The position numbers and the translations under genes were made by a program. Positions 10,287 to 17,858 of a DNA stretch of 64,000 nucleotides are shown here, one piece after another. The notes beneath the pieces were generated by a model. That model was not told the origin of the DNA, searched no databases, and saw only the letters and a list, made by a program, of their open reading frames with translations. Each line of letters begins with the position of its first letter. Positions within the stretch are counted from its first letter, which is position 1. The stretch is from an uncultured delta proteobacterium. Its GTDB lineage: Bacteria; Desulfobacterota; RBG-13-43-22. The stretch lies in NCBI GenBank assembly GCA_963711835.1, contig CAVQFQ010000013.1, positions 21,629 through 85,628 on the forward strand. The letters run 5' to 3'.

Positions 10287-10388
10287 ATGGCAAAATCAAT
10301 GGACTCAAAGAAGGACGCAAAAAAGAAGCCCGCCAAGACGGCCAAAGAAAAGAAGAAAGCCAAACAGGAAAAGAAAAAGGGGAAATAG
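10287..10388 (+). CDS. 33-aa lysine-rich small protein (not in ORF track)
   Basis: Strong [12 protein letters not shown]; translation MAKSMDSKKDAKKKPAKTAKEKKKAKQEKKKGK*. Confidence 0.65.
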   Translation: MAKSMDSKKDAKKKPAKTAKEKKKAKQEKKKGK

Positions 10389-10411
10389 GCAGGCCAAAGC
10401 AATCGGGAGCC

Positions 10412-10684
10412 ATGGACGAGAGAAACTTTTACACGGAGGCCCCTGAGACGATAAAAACCGGCTATACCTGTCCGACGTGCCGCCAGACAGCCGAGTTCCC
10501 GGTCCGCTGGCTCAAGCGGACCAAAAAGACCAAACTGCCGCCCGGCGCCGACGAACGGGACCGGGCCAAGTTCGCCAAGGCTCGGGATTATCTGGTGCGG
10601 GTGGACGATTTCCTGACCTGCCCCAATCCGCGCTGCCGGCGCCGGTTTGAAATTCCCAATGATCAAACCGTGGTTTTGGTTTGA
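10412..10684 (+). CDS. Small zinc-ribbon protein
   Basis: CPTC and CPNPRC pairs; RBS GGGAG. Confidence 0.7.
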   Translation: MDERNFYTEAPETIKTGYTCPTCRQTAEFPVRWLKRTKKTKLPPGADERDRAKFAKARDYLVRVDDFLTCPNPRCRRRFEIPNDQTVVLV

Positions 10685-10707
10685 AAGATGCCGCGAATCG
10701 GTGGCCT

Positions 10708-10947
10708 TTATTTCAGGAATGGCCCCTGTGTTTGATCGAAGAGATCCCTGACAATCCCTTCGGCCTCCCCCAAGCGGGCTTCATCCACCATAACGGTCCC
10801 CCAACCCTTCTGGGTCACGAACAGCCCGTTATAGGCGGTATCCTTATATTCCCGGACCAGAAAGGGGATGGCCACCTTCCCCAGGGCGTCGGTCAGCAGA
10901 TCGGCCTGGAATTGATTGTCCAGGGTGATTAATTTTTTCCAGTTCAT
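10708..10947 (-). CDS. DUF2007-like putative signal-transducing protein
   Basis: W..LITLDN.FQADLL..AL....IPFLV..Y.D.AY.G...Q.GWG pattern. Confidence 0.75.
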   Translation of the reverse strand: MNWKKLITLDNQFQADLLTDALGKVAIPFLVREYKDTAYNGLFVTQKGWGTVMVDEARLGEAEGIVRDLFDQTQGPFLK

Positions 10948-10974
10948 TTCCGTGAAATAGGCCCGGTCAGGGAC

Positions 10975-11268
10975 CTACATATCCTTAATCCCGGACATCA
11001 ACCGGTCAAACTTCTCCACTTCGACCACCGGTGAAGTCACAAAGGAGATGCCGGTCAACTTATTTAAGGCCACCGAGGCGGCAAAGGCCTTTTCGGCATC
11101 CGGGAAATCCAGGGTAAAGACCAGATCGTGTTCCCCCATCACGGCAAACATGGAAATGACTGTGCCGCCGTTCTTCTTAATAATGGCAACCGCCTTTTTT
11201 GTCCTTTGGGAAGAAATTCCTTTTATCGACTCACTGGAATACTTTCCGAACATCATGAAGATCGGCAT
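10975..11268 (-). CDS. GYD-domain protein
   Basis: GEHDLV motif with typical GYD family length and pattern. Confidence 0.8.
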   Translation of the reverse strand: MPIFMMFGKYSSESIKGISSQRTKKAVAIIKKNGGTVISMFAVMGEHDLVFTLDFPDAEKAFAASVALNKLTGISFVTSPVVEVEKFDRLMSGIKDM

Positions 11269-11289
11269 ATTGAAATCCTCCTTTCGCTA

Positions 11290-11460
11290 TTAACAGGTTG
11301 CTGAAAAAGGCCCATCTATCCCGCGCTTCGCGGGATTGCCCTCATCCCTCGTCATTGCGACGTAGATCTAATCTACGCCTCATTCCGAGGAATTTAGGGC
11401 GCCTTGTATCTGAACCTTTTTGAGCAACCTGTAAAAAAGGGTTTTTCCGCATCCTGTTAA
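11290..11460. mobile_element. Short MITE with IS5-like ends
   Basis: TTAA at both ends; IR CAGGTTGCTGAAAAA / TTTTTCCGCATCCTG; internal hairpins. Confidence 0.6.
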
Positions 11461-11463
11461 TGA

Positions 11464-11865
11464 TTACTTTTTCAGATAAAAGTCATAGAGCGCCTTGCCT
11501 ACAAAAAAATCTCCCCAGGCGATGCCGATGTCCGGCAGGGTCGATTTCAAAATCCAAGTACTCGGAGGCGCGGCCTTGGCGATGATTTCCGCGATACTGA
11601 AATGGGCCATAAAGACCGTGCCGTAGATGACGATCAGCCCGTTCAAGAGATACCCGTAAACAGCAGTACGGCGAAAAGCAAAAAGGGCCGTCACTGCGAT
11701 GACGTCAAGGGCCGGGAAGATAAAAGCCAGAAAGCGGGTCCCGTTAAAAAGGAAAGACCCGGGATGAAGCTTGTCGGGGACCATAAAATAGTGGATTCGG
11801 TAATGGAGCATCAGTCCTGATATGGCCAGCAAAAATAGGGCCGCCAGAAGCGCTTTTCTATTCAT
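11464..11865 (-). CDS. Small His-containing membrane protein
   Basis: Start at MNRKALL with RBS AAGGGGAG; 3-4 TM segments; LHYRIH and MAHF motifs. Confidence 0.7.
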   Translation of the reverse strand: MNRKALLAALFLLAISGLMLHYRIHYFMVPDKLHPGSFLFNGTRFLAFIFPALDVIAVTALFAFRRTAVYGYLLNGLIVIYGTVFMAHFSIAEIIAKAAPPSTWILKSTLPDIGIAWGDFFVGKALYDFYLKK

Positions 11866-11950
11866 GATCCTGCTCCCCTTTCTTGATAGTCTTGACCCCG
11901 GCGCCTGCCCCGGGGTTCGCCGGGTGATCGCCGCCTGGGAAGTTTCCTTT

Positions 11951-11977
11951 GTCATTCCGGGCTTGACCCGGAATCCA
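11951..11977. repeat. REP-type palindrome
   Basis: GTCATTCCGGGCTTGACCCGGAATCCA hairpin. Confidence 0.65.
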
Positions 11978-12029
11978 GGAATGTATGTTTATTTCAGGCA
12001 CAGGTCTGCCGGCGCGGCTCGGATCCCTT

Positions 12030-12134
12030 TTAAAAATGGAACCGGACCAGATGCCCCAGATACAAGGTAAACCCGATTACAACTAAGTGGAGAATCCACC
12101 AGCCGGGCGTGAAGAGTAAAAAATATTTGATCAT
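12030..12134 (-). CDS. 34-aa single-TM peptide with TPGWWxxH motif
   Basis: MIKYFLLFTPGWWILHLVVIGFTLYLGHLVRFHF; RBS GGAGG; paralogous to the upstream peptide. Confidence 0.6.
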   Translation of the reverse strand: MIKYFLLFTPGWWILHLVVIGFTLYLGHLVRFHF

Positions 12135-12251
12135 GGCACCCTCCAGAGTAGATGACCGATGGTGTAAACGGCCGATATACCCAGGAGGTGGATGATCCAC
12201 CAGCCGGGAGTGAGAAAACTGATTTTCCTGAAGAAGCCGGTTCTGTTCCAT
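12131..12251 (-). pseudogene. Paralogous TPGWWxxH peptide with a +1 frameshift near its start
   Basis: RBS AAGGAGG, then ATG GAA CAG, one extra A, then TGFFRKISFLTPGWWIIHLLGISAVYTIGHLLWRVP*. Span is 121 nt. Confidence 0.55.
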
Positions 12252-12399
12252 GGTTGCCCTCCTTCTCAATTGACCCGATTATAACCCATTGGGACTATTT
12301 GTTCCAGCAATCCGTTAAATTCCGGGCCGCGCCCCCAATTTTCCCCCCTTCCAAGTCTTGTAATTTTTTAACTTTTTGTTTTCATTAATTAATGAAATT

Positions 12400-12415
12400 T
12401 GGCACCAATTTAGCT
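12400..12415 (+). promoter_or_regulatory. Candidate sigma54 promoter
   Basis: TGGCAC-N5-TAGCT (GG-N10-GC), upstream of RBS GGGAGG and the ATG at 12450. Confidence 0.4.
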
Positions 12416-12449
12416 ATATTAAACCGGCAAACAAGGCAATGGGAGGAAT

Positions 12450-12645
12450 CATGGCGGACTTATTTCATCACCTCTCGCTGGAAACGGAACTCCGCCTTCA
12501 TCTCCACTGGGTCACCGGCCGGGTTTCCCGGAACGGAAGCGCCCTCGGCCTCGGACTGGCCGACTCCCTCAAAGAATTCGGCCTTGTTATTAACGGTCTC
12601 ATAATTATATTTACCTGTTACGTGATGTATCATTTTTCTCTCGCC
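12450..12645 (+). pseudogene. Degenerate paralog of the 11464 membrane protein
   Basis: GLVINGLIIIFTCYVMYHFSLA resembles GYLLNGLIVIYGTVFMAHFSIA; the frame runs into a repeat. Confidence 0.4.
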
Positions 12646-12659
12646 CGCTCTCTTCGGTC

Positions 12660-12848
12660 GCTCGAGTTCACAGAGAGCACAGAGATAATTTTATTTGACT
12701 GCCGTTGAGAAGGACGGCAGCCAAAAACCGCCTCAGGCCTTCGGCCATAAGTGCGCGACAGCGCCAAGCCTGTTTTTCATTGGCGGCCTCTCACCGGCAA
12801 TGAAAAAATAGAACCTCTGCGACTCTGCGCGCTCTGTGAGAGATCGTC
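12660..12848. repeat. REP-like IR-bounded element (CACAGAGAGCACAGAG / CTCTGCGCGCTCTGTG)
   Basis: Inverted short-period repeats enclosing hairpins; similar motifs recur at 60515-60610. Confidence 0.55.
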
Positions 12849-12912
12849 TTTTTAGTCGATATTATTTTGAGATCGTTAATAATCATTCTATCTGGATAGA
12901 GGAGGAACTCAC

Positions 12913-13584
12913 ATGAAATTGCCATTCACCATCGACCAGTTTTTAAATGTTTTTCAAACCTACAACCTGTCCATCTGGCCGGCTCAAATCGTCGCTTATA
13001 TTCTCGGCGCCCTGGCCGTAATATTGGTTCTCAGAAGGACCGTCTCCGGCGACAGGATCATTGCCGGCATTCTCTCCCTGATGTGGTTGATGAACGGCGC
13101 GGTTTATCACCTTATCTTTTTCAGTCCCATCAACAAGGCGGCCTACCTCTTTGGCGCCATCTTCCTCATCCAGGGCCTCCTCTTTTTCCATGGCGGGGTA
13201 TTAAAAAACAAGATCACCTTTCGTTGGGAACTTTCTCTTTATTCCCTGTTTGGAGCCCTTTGCCTGCTTTATGCCATGCTCATTTATCCCTTATTGGGAG
13301 CCCTGGCCGGTCATGGCTATCCAAGGGGTCCCGTCTTTGGGGTGGCCCCCTGCCCGACCACTATTTTCACCTTTGGGTTGCTTCTCTGGACCCAAAAGCC
13401 TCTGCCCAAATACCTGGTCATTATCCCGTTGATCTGGTCTCTTATCGGGTTTGTGGCCGCCTTGCAACTGGGAATCAGGGAGGATATCGGGCTTCTCCTG
13501 GCCGGGGTAATCGGAACCTTTCTGATCGTCCTTAGGGACAGAAAAGGCCGGCCGGCTGAAGTCGCCGGCCGTTCAAGGACCTAA
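12913..13584 (+). CDS. DUF6064-like membrane protein
   Basis: MKLPFT..QFL.VF..YN.SIWP and FGVAPCPTTIFTFG motifs; RBS GAGGAGG. Confidence 0.8.
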   Translation: MKLPFTIDQFLNVFQTYNLSIWPAQIVAYILGALAVILVLRRTVSGDRIIAGILSLMWLMNGAVYHLIFFSPINKAAYLFGAIFLIQGLLFFHGGVLKNKITFRWELSLYSLFGALCLLYAMLIYPLLGALAGHGYPRGPVFGVAPCPTTIFTFGLLLWTQKPLPKYLVIIPLIWSLIGFVAALQLGIREDIGLLLAGVIGTFLIVLRDRKGRPAEVAGRSRT

Positions 13585-13648
13585 AGGGTTCAGGAGGAAA
13601 AAAGATGAGCAGGAAAGACTTGTAAAGGATTATCAATAAGAGGGAGGC

Positions 13649-14047
13649 CTACCTGAGGTGGTCCCCAAAAACTGGACAATGTGCTAAGCTCAGCCGTGCG
13701 AGGTACGAGCATCGGCTTGAGCGACTTGTTGGGCCTCCCTGCTCATCCCTGTCCTTTAGTCGCTTTCGCCAGTAGAAAGGTCGCCGTTTCTGATGAGCGC
13801 ACGCTACGATTCGAATTCGATCGGGATAAACAGCGTAGATCAGATTGTAGGGGAACCGCCACAAAGGCTTCCTCCGCACTCTCCTTCCGATTCGCTGGGA
13901 AGCCTCAGGGTTCGTCAAGATCTGGTCGAGTGCTCGTTCCACTTCTCCGATAAAGTCCGAACCAAGCCCAAGCTTACGCACCTCGTAGTACTGCGCCGCC
14001 TCAGTGACCTCCGCGTCGGCATCGGGATGGAAAGCGAGCAGTTTCAC
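13649..14047 (-). CDS. RelE/ParE-family toxin; C-terminus reads through the attC
   Basis: FHPDA..E..EA..YY....GLG..F, RFPY.LIY and I.IVA.AH.KRRP.YW motifs. Confidence 0.88.
   Translation of the reverse strand: MKLLAFHPDADAEVTEAAQYYEVRKLGLGSDFIGEVERALDQILTNPEASQRIGRRVRRKPLWRFPYNLIYAVYPDRIRIVACAHQKRRPFYWRKRLKDRDEQGGPTSRSSRCSYLARLSLAHCPVFGDHLR
13654..13678 (+). mobile_element. Isolated IS3-family-like terminal repeat
   Basis: TGAGGTGGTCCCCAAAAACTGGACA resembles IS3/IS150-type ends; no transposase adjacent. Confidence 0.45.
13683..13734 (-). other. Truncated attC site after the RelE/ParE gene
   Basis: Minus strand GCCCAAC AAGTC GCTCAAG..hairpin..GCTGAGC TTAGC; the R' box is missing. Confidence 0.6.
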
Positions 14048-14268
14048 GAGATGGCAGTCCGCGCTCGGCGAAGTACTTCCTTGGCCGGTATCTCAGTCAC
14101 CTGTCCTTGCTCCATCTCATCCAGGCGGCGTTCCGCCTCCTCAGCCCACAATGCCTCGATCTCCGCTTCGGACAGATCGTCGAGGCTCTCGACTATCCAC
14201 TTTGCAAGCGCTGCCCGTTCCTTTAAATCCAGCTTCTTGATCTTGGCTTCAATTTCCTTGAGGCTCAT
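14044..14268 (-). CDS. Addiction-module antitoxin component
   Basis: L...ERA.LA....SL....IE..W.EEAERR pattern; overlaps the toxin start. Confidence 0.85.
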   Translation of the reverse strand: MSLKEIEAKIKKLDLKERAALAKWIVESLDDLSEAEIEALWAEEAERRLDEMEQGQVTEIPAKEVLRRARTAIS

Positions 14269-14348
14269 ATGCCCCTCCTTCAGTGTTCAAAGTGATATTG
14301 TCATTCATTCCCGATCCAACAATTGGATCAGATAGTGAAAAGTGAAAA

Positions 14349-14749
14349 GGGGACGCTGGTAAGAAAGTAAGTATTTCAGTTGATTAACTTTAACTGATTT
14401 TCCTGGGCGATAGCCTCCCCTCTTTCAACCGCGTACCCGACCCCAGGAGCACTTATCCCCAATCGTTTGGCAGGAATATCTTGCGACGCTCTATCCCGCG
14501 GATCATGATGTGGTGCAAAACACCGGGCGCGTCAAGACGAGCTAATCTCGGCATGCACTCATTCATTCCACAAAAAACCGCCTACGTCAACTTACTTTCT
14601 GATTCCTGTGAAGTAACCCTGGTTTTCGAAATAATGATGATTCTCACAATAATTTTTTCTAGTATTTACCGGATATTGGAAACAGCATATTTTATTATTT
14701 TACTTCAAATCGAATTACTTCTCATGAATCCTTTCTTACCAGCGTCCCC
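14349..14749. mobile_element. IR-bounded element carrying an internally deleted RAYT-like transposase
   Basis: Perfect 19-bp IR GGGGACGCTGGTAAGAAAG at 14349-14367 and 14731-14749. Confidence 0.7.
14376..14554 (-). pseudogene. REP-associated tyrosine (Y1) transposase remnant
   Basis: N-terminus MPRLARLDAPGVLHHIMIRGIERRKIF is joined directly, out of frame, to C-terminal AKRLGISAPGVGYAVERGEAIAQENQLKLIN*. Confidence 0.75.
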
Positions 14750-14756
14750 ATTCCCA

Positions 14757-14920
14757 CGTTGATCTGGTCTCTTATTGGGTTTATGGCTGCCTTGCAACTG
14801 GGGATCAGGGAGGATATCGGGCTTCTCCTGGCCGGGGTGATCGGAACCTTTCTGATCGTCCTTCGGGACAAAAATGGCCGGCAGGGTGAAATCGCCGGCC
14901 GGTCAAAGGCATAGAGGGTT
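14757..14920 (+). pseudogene. Diverged duplicate of the 3' end of the 12913 gene
   Basis: Aligns with 13427-13590; the homology resumes at 15148-15207 versus 13591-13652. Confidence 0.85.
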
Positions 14921-14927
14921 TAATTAC

Positions 14928-15143
14928 TGTTAGGTAAACCCCCGGCTCTGCCGGGGGACCCCCAGAGTTTGACAATTCCCCCTCACTCCCCCTTTTCAAA
15001 GGGGGAGGTTTCTCCTCCCTTTGGAAAAGGGAGGTCGGGGGGGATTTAAAAAGCATCTTGTTTTTTGTTTGCGATCAGGCCCCTTCGAGGGGCCAACAAA
15101 CATCAAGCCTCCGGCTCTGCCGGAGATCAGGTGACTAGGTCAA
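14928..15143. mobile_element. IS200/IS605-type non-autonomous element with an internal REP
   Basis: Subterminal hairpins CCCCCGGCTCTGCCGGGGG and CTCCGGCTCTGCCGGAG; preceded by TTAC and ends in TCAA; interrupts the duplicated segment. Confidence 0.6.
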
Positions 15144-15397
15144 CTCACAGGAGGAAAGAAAGATCAGGAAAGACGGGTATAGGATTATCATTAAAAGGGA
15201 AGCTTACTGGCAGGCGAGAGAGGCAGAATATCTCTGGTTTAAATGGCCGGTATTAGGCCTCGGACTGAGTATCATTTTCCACGGACTTGGCTATGAGCGT
15301 TATTATAGGTTTCCAGGGATTTCTTGGCCTTCACAACTACTTTGTCACCTCCTTGTGGAAATTGAGGAACTGCGATCCGGTGGAGAGTAATCTGAGA

Positions 15398-15820
15398 TTA
15401 GGACTTTTCTTCTATTTTATTATGTTTCGTCAACTCTATCATTTTATTTTGCCATTCTTCCAAATTCTTTTTATGGCCAGTAAAAACTTCTTTGTCAAAA
15501 ACTTCGTCGTTACCAATTTCCAGCGACTTCATAAGACCAACCAAACTTTCCATCAAAGACTCATAGTCGGAAGTTACCATTTGCACATAAAGCATATGCT
15601 CCTCTAAGGAAACCTTACGATCAATCTTTCTTAAATTAGCATCAGCAAGAAAGCCAAAGTTTGCATTGTGATATTTAAATTTTGCATATATTGCTTTTAA
15701 CATACCTTGTAATGCCATATACAAAGGTTTCTTGGAATTCCTTCTTTTTTCGATAATAAATAGAGTGGTGGAAATGATCGTTAAAGCCCAAGCAATCAGC
15801 TGATCAATAGGTATTTTCAT
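15398..15820 (-). CDS. Cassette protein with N-terminal TM helix, unknown function
   Basis: MKIPIDQLIAWALTIISTTLFII; AT-rich; starts just after the attC R' box GTTGGGA. Confidence 0.7.
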   Translation of the reverse strand: MKIPIDQLIAWALTIISTTLFIIEKRRNSKKPLYMALQGMLKAIYAKFKYHNANFGFLADANLRKIDRKVSLEEHMLYVQMVTSDYESLMESLVGLMKSLEIGNDEVFDKEVFTGHKKNLEEWQNKMIELTKHNKIEEKS

Positions 15821-15839
15821 TTTGATCCCTTTCAATAAA

Positions 15840-15936
15840 TCCCAACGTTCGGGGTAACCGGGCACCGGTCGTGCGAAGCGCGACGGGAACCCAACGGCGA
15901 CGCCGTTGGGCGTTTCTATTGATGCCGGGGTTAGGC
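15840..15936 (-). other. attC site
   Basis: R'' GCCTAAC contains the stop of the 235-aa gene; imperfect palindrome; R' GTTGGGA. Confidence 0.75.
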
Positions 15937-16638
15937 ACGTTTCATCGCATCACCCAGTTCTTTCCAGAAATCAATCAACGCATCTCGGTACTGCTGTACG
16001 TCCGTTATTGCGACATACAAATCCTCGCCAACAAGCGGAAGGAACACACGCGGTACAATCTTGCCGAAGGAAAGACCGAGCCCGATTGTTTTGGGGTGCT
16101 CAAACAGATCTGGCCTCAGTTGATGAAGTTCTTTCGCAGATTTCCCCTCGGCATGCTTCACCGTGTTCGAAACGAGTCGTAGCTCGTCGACTCTTGCCCA
16201 TGAGGAAAACATTTTGATATCAATCGCCAACGCCTTCAGGCGCTTCTGAAACTCACTTATCTGAAAAAGCTTGGGGTTATTCTCGTCATGTAAATCCAAA
16301 ACCTGCTTGCGGAGGAACAACATGACTTGCTGCTCGAATATGTGGTAAAGGGCGGCGGCGAAGAGATTAATCATGCCCTGGCGAATGCCGTCTATCAACA
16401 TATAGTGGGAAATCCCAGCTTCCTCGGCGGCCTCAGCAAAGTCGGAAGGATCCTCGTCCCCAGTTCCAGGCGCAGACATGAACGCTTCCCAGGTCTCCTC
16501 AGAAATGGCCCGGGCCTCTTCCTCAATCCCAGCAAACGCTGGCAGCATTCGTTTCTCCAGCGCCTCAACAATCGCGCGAAGCTGTGGCACAAACTTATGC
16601 CGGAATACCCGGGTCCAGAAGTGATGATTCAAGACCAT
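15931..16638 (-). CDS. Cassette protein, HEPN-like
   Basis: All-helical; ALYHIFEQ and ELRLVSNTVKH (R..N.x3.H-like); bounded by attC sites. Confidence 0.7.
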   Translation of the reverse strand: MVLNHHFWTRVFRHKFVPQLRAIVEALEKRMLPAFAGIEEEARAISEETWEAFMSAPGTGDEDPSDFAEAAEEAGISHYMLIDGIRQGMINLFAAALYHIFEQQVMLFLRKQVLDLHDENNPKLFQISEFQKRLKALAIDIKMFSSWARVDELRLVSNTVKHAEGKSAKELHQLRPDLFEHPKTIGLGLSFGKIVPRVFLPLVGEDLYVAITDVQQYRDALIDFWKELGDAMKRA

Positions 16639-16657
16639 AGTGTGCTCAACATAACTT

Positions 16658-16732
16658 TTCTAATGCCGCGGTTAAGTGGGCGGTAAAGGAGCGTAGCGGA
16701 TTTGCCGATCCATCTTCAACCGCTTGTTAACC
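16658..16732 (-). other. attC site with mutated R' (ATTAGAA)
   Basis: GGTTAAC AAGCG GTTGAAG ... CTTAAC CGCGGC ATTAGAA, with canonical box spacing. Confidence 0.75.
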
Positions 16733-16748
16733 CTTTGCCTTATCTTCA

Positions 16749-17474
16749 CTAGATTTCATGCCCAGGCTGAAATGCAAGCATTTCTATATGATACGGTCGC
16801 CATTGGAAACCGTCATTGTCATTACTGGTAAGGCGCTCGGCAATAGCCTTGCAGAGCCAGGACCCATAGATAAACCCTAGCCTTTTCTGATTAGGTGCTG
16901 TGTCCGCCGCTCTTGGAAAACCAGTCATTGGAGAACCTACTCTCCCCGGTGGCCACGGCAATTTCAATAGACTCTCATTCTGGCTGTAACCCAGTGAGTT
17001 CCAAATCCCGCTGATTAGCCATTGCAGTCCTCTTGCGCAATAAGAGTCGTAGATGACCCAATTATCAAGGTCCCACATTTCATAAACTTTTGTAATTGAT
17101 GCAAGTCTTTCCACGCACAGTTGCCGAAGATCGATAGCCTCCTCGCCAGAGAGCAGATTCAAAGACGAAAGACTGGGCTCAAGTTCTTGTCTCATATGAC
17201 TCGTTAGAGGGGCCATGCCTCCCCAATCCAATATTTTGTTGGCCACATCAAATAATTCATCTTTTCCTGGACAGGAGGAAAGGGCCTTGTTGAATTTAAG
17301 CCTGGTTCTTTCACCGAACTGATAATCATGCCCCCGAAAAGAATGTCTCCTTAATGTATTCCGCCAGAAGTCAGGATCGCCTTTCTTGAAGTGATTGATG
17401 ATAGCAAGAATTGATTCCCCAGCCTTAGCGTTGAATGCTGAATAAGTAAACGGGACTATGGTTCTGAGGGCCAT
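16749..17474 (-). CDS. Cassette protein, putative HhH/OGG-fold DNA glycosylase-like
   Basis: ILDWGG, ASITKVY and VIYDS motifs; the cassette starts with GTTAACC and ends with the complementary GGTTAAC. Confidence 0.6.
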   Translation of the reverse strand: MALRTIVPFTYSAFNAKAGESILAIINHFKKGDPDFWRNTLRRHSFRGHDYQFGERTRLKFNKALSSCPGKDELFDVANKILDWGGMAPLTSHMRQELEPSLSSLNLLSGEEAIDLRQLCVERLASITKVYEMWDLDNWVIYDSYCARGLQWLISGIWNSLGYSQNESLLKLPWPPGRVGSPMTGFPRAADTAPNQKRLGFIYGSWLCKAIAERLTSNDNDGFQWRPYHIEMLAFQPGHEI

Positions 17475-17498
17475 GTTTTTATTTTCTCACCTATACTG

Positions 17499-17531
17499 GG
17501 TTAACAAATTATTCTATAGTTTCCGTATAAC
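17499..17531 (-). other. attI-like site or first cassette crossover point
   Basis: Minus strand GTTATAC-N19-GTTAACC; the core is complementary to the R'' of the following attC and there is no palindrome. Confidence 0.5.
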
Positions 17532-17835
17532 TTCACAACTCAAAGGGTTCCCTTCATGGATCTATGCAATACCAATTCTTATTGCCTATTCACCTCATGA
17601 TCTTTATCAATTAACTCCTTAAAATAACACAATATCTCTTGACAGTTTTCTTAACAACTCATTTTAGGCTATCTGCATATCATGACATTTTTGAGATTGT
17701 ACAGAAATAGGGGAATTCATCATGCTGGCTATCTCTCCGGATTACGGAGAGAATTTGAACCTTTTGGAATTTCCATTTCATATTGGACTCCATAAGGTTA
17801 GAGGTTTTCTTGGGAGGTTAATAAGGTCTTGGTTT

Positions 17836-17856
17836 GCGTCCCCAACGGGATTTGAA
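17836..17856 (-). other. tRNA-Glu 3' fragment (att-site remnant)
   Basis: TTCAAATCCCGTTGGGGACGC corresponds to T-loop, T-stem, acceptor 3' strand and discriminator G. Confidence 0.6.
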
Positions 17857-17858
17857 TA

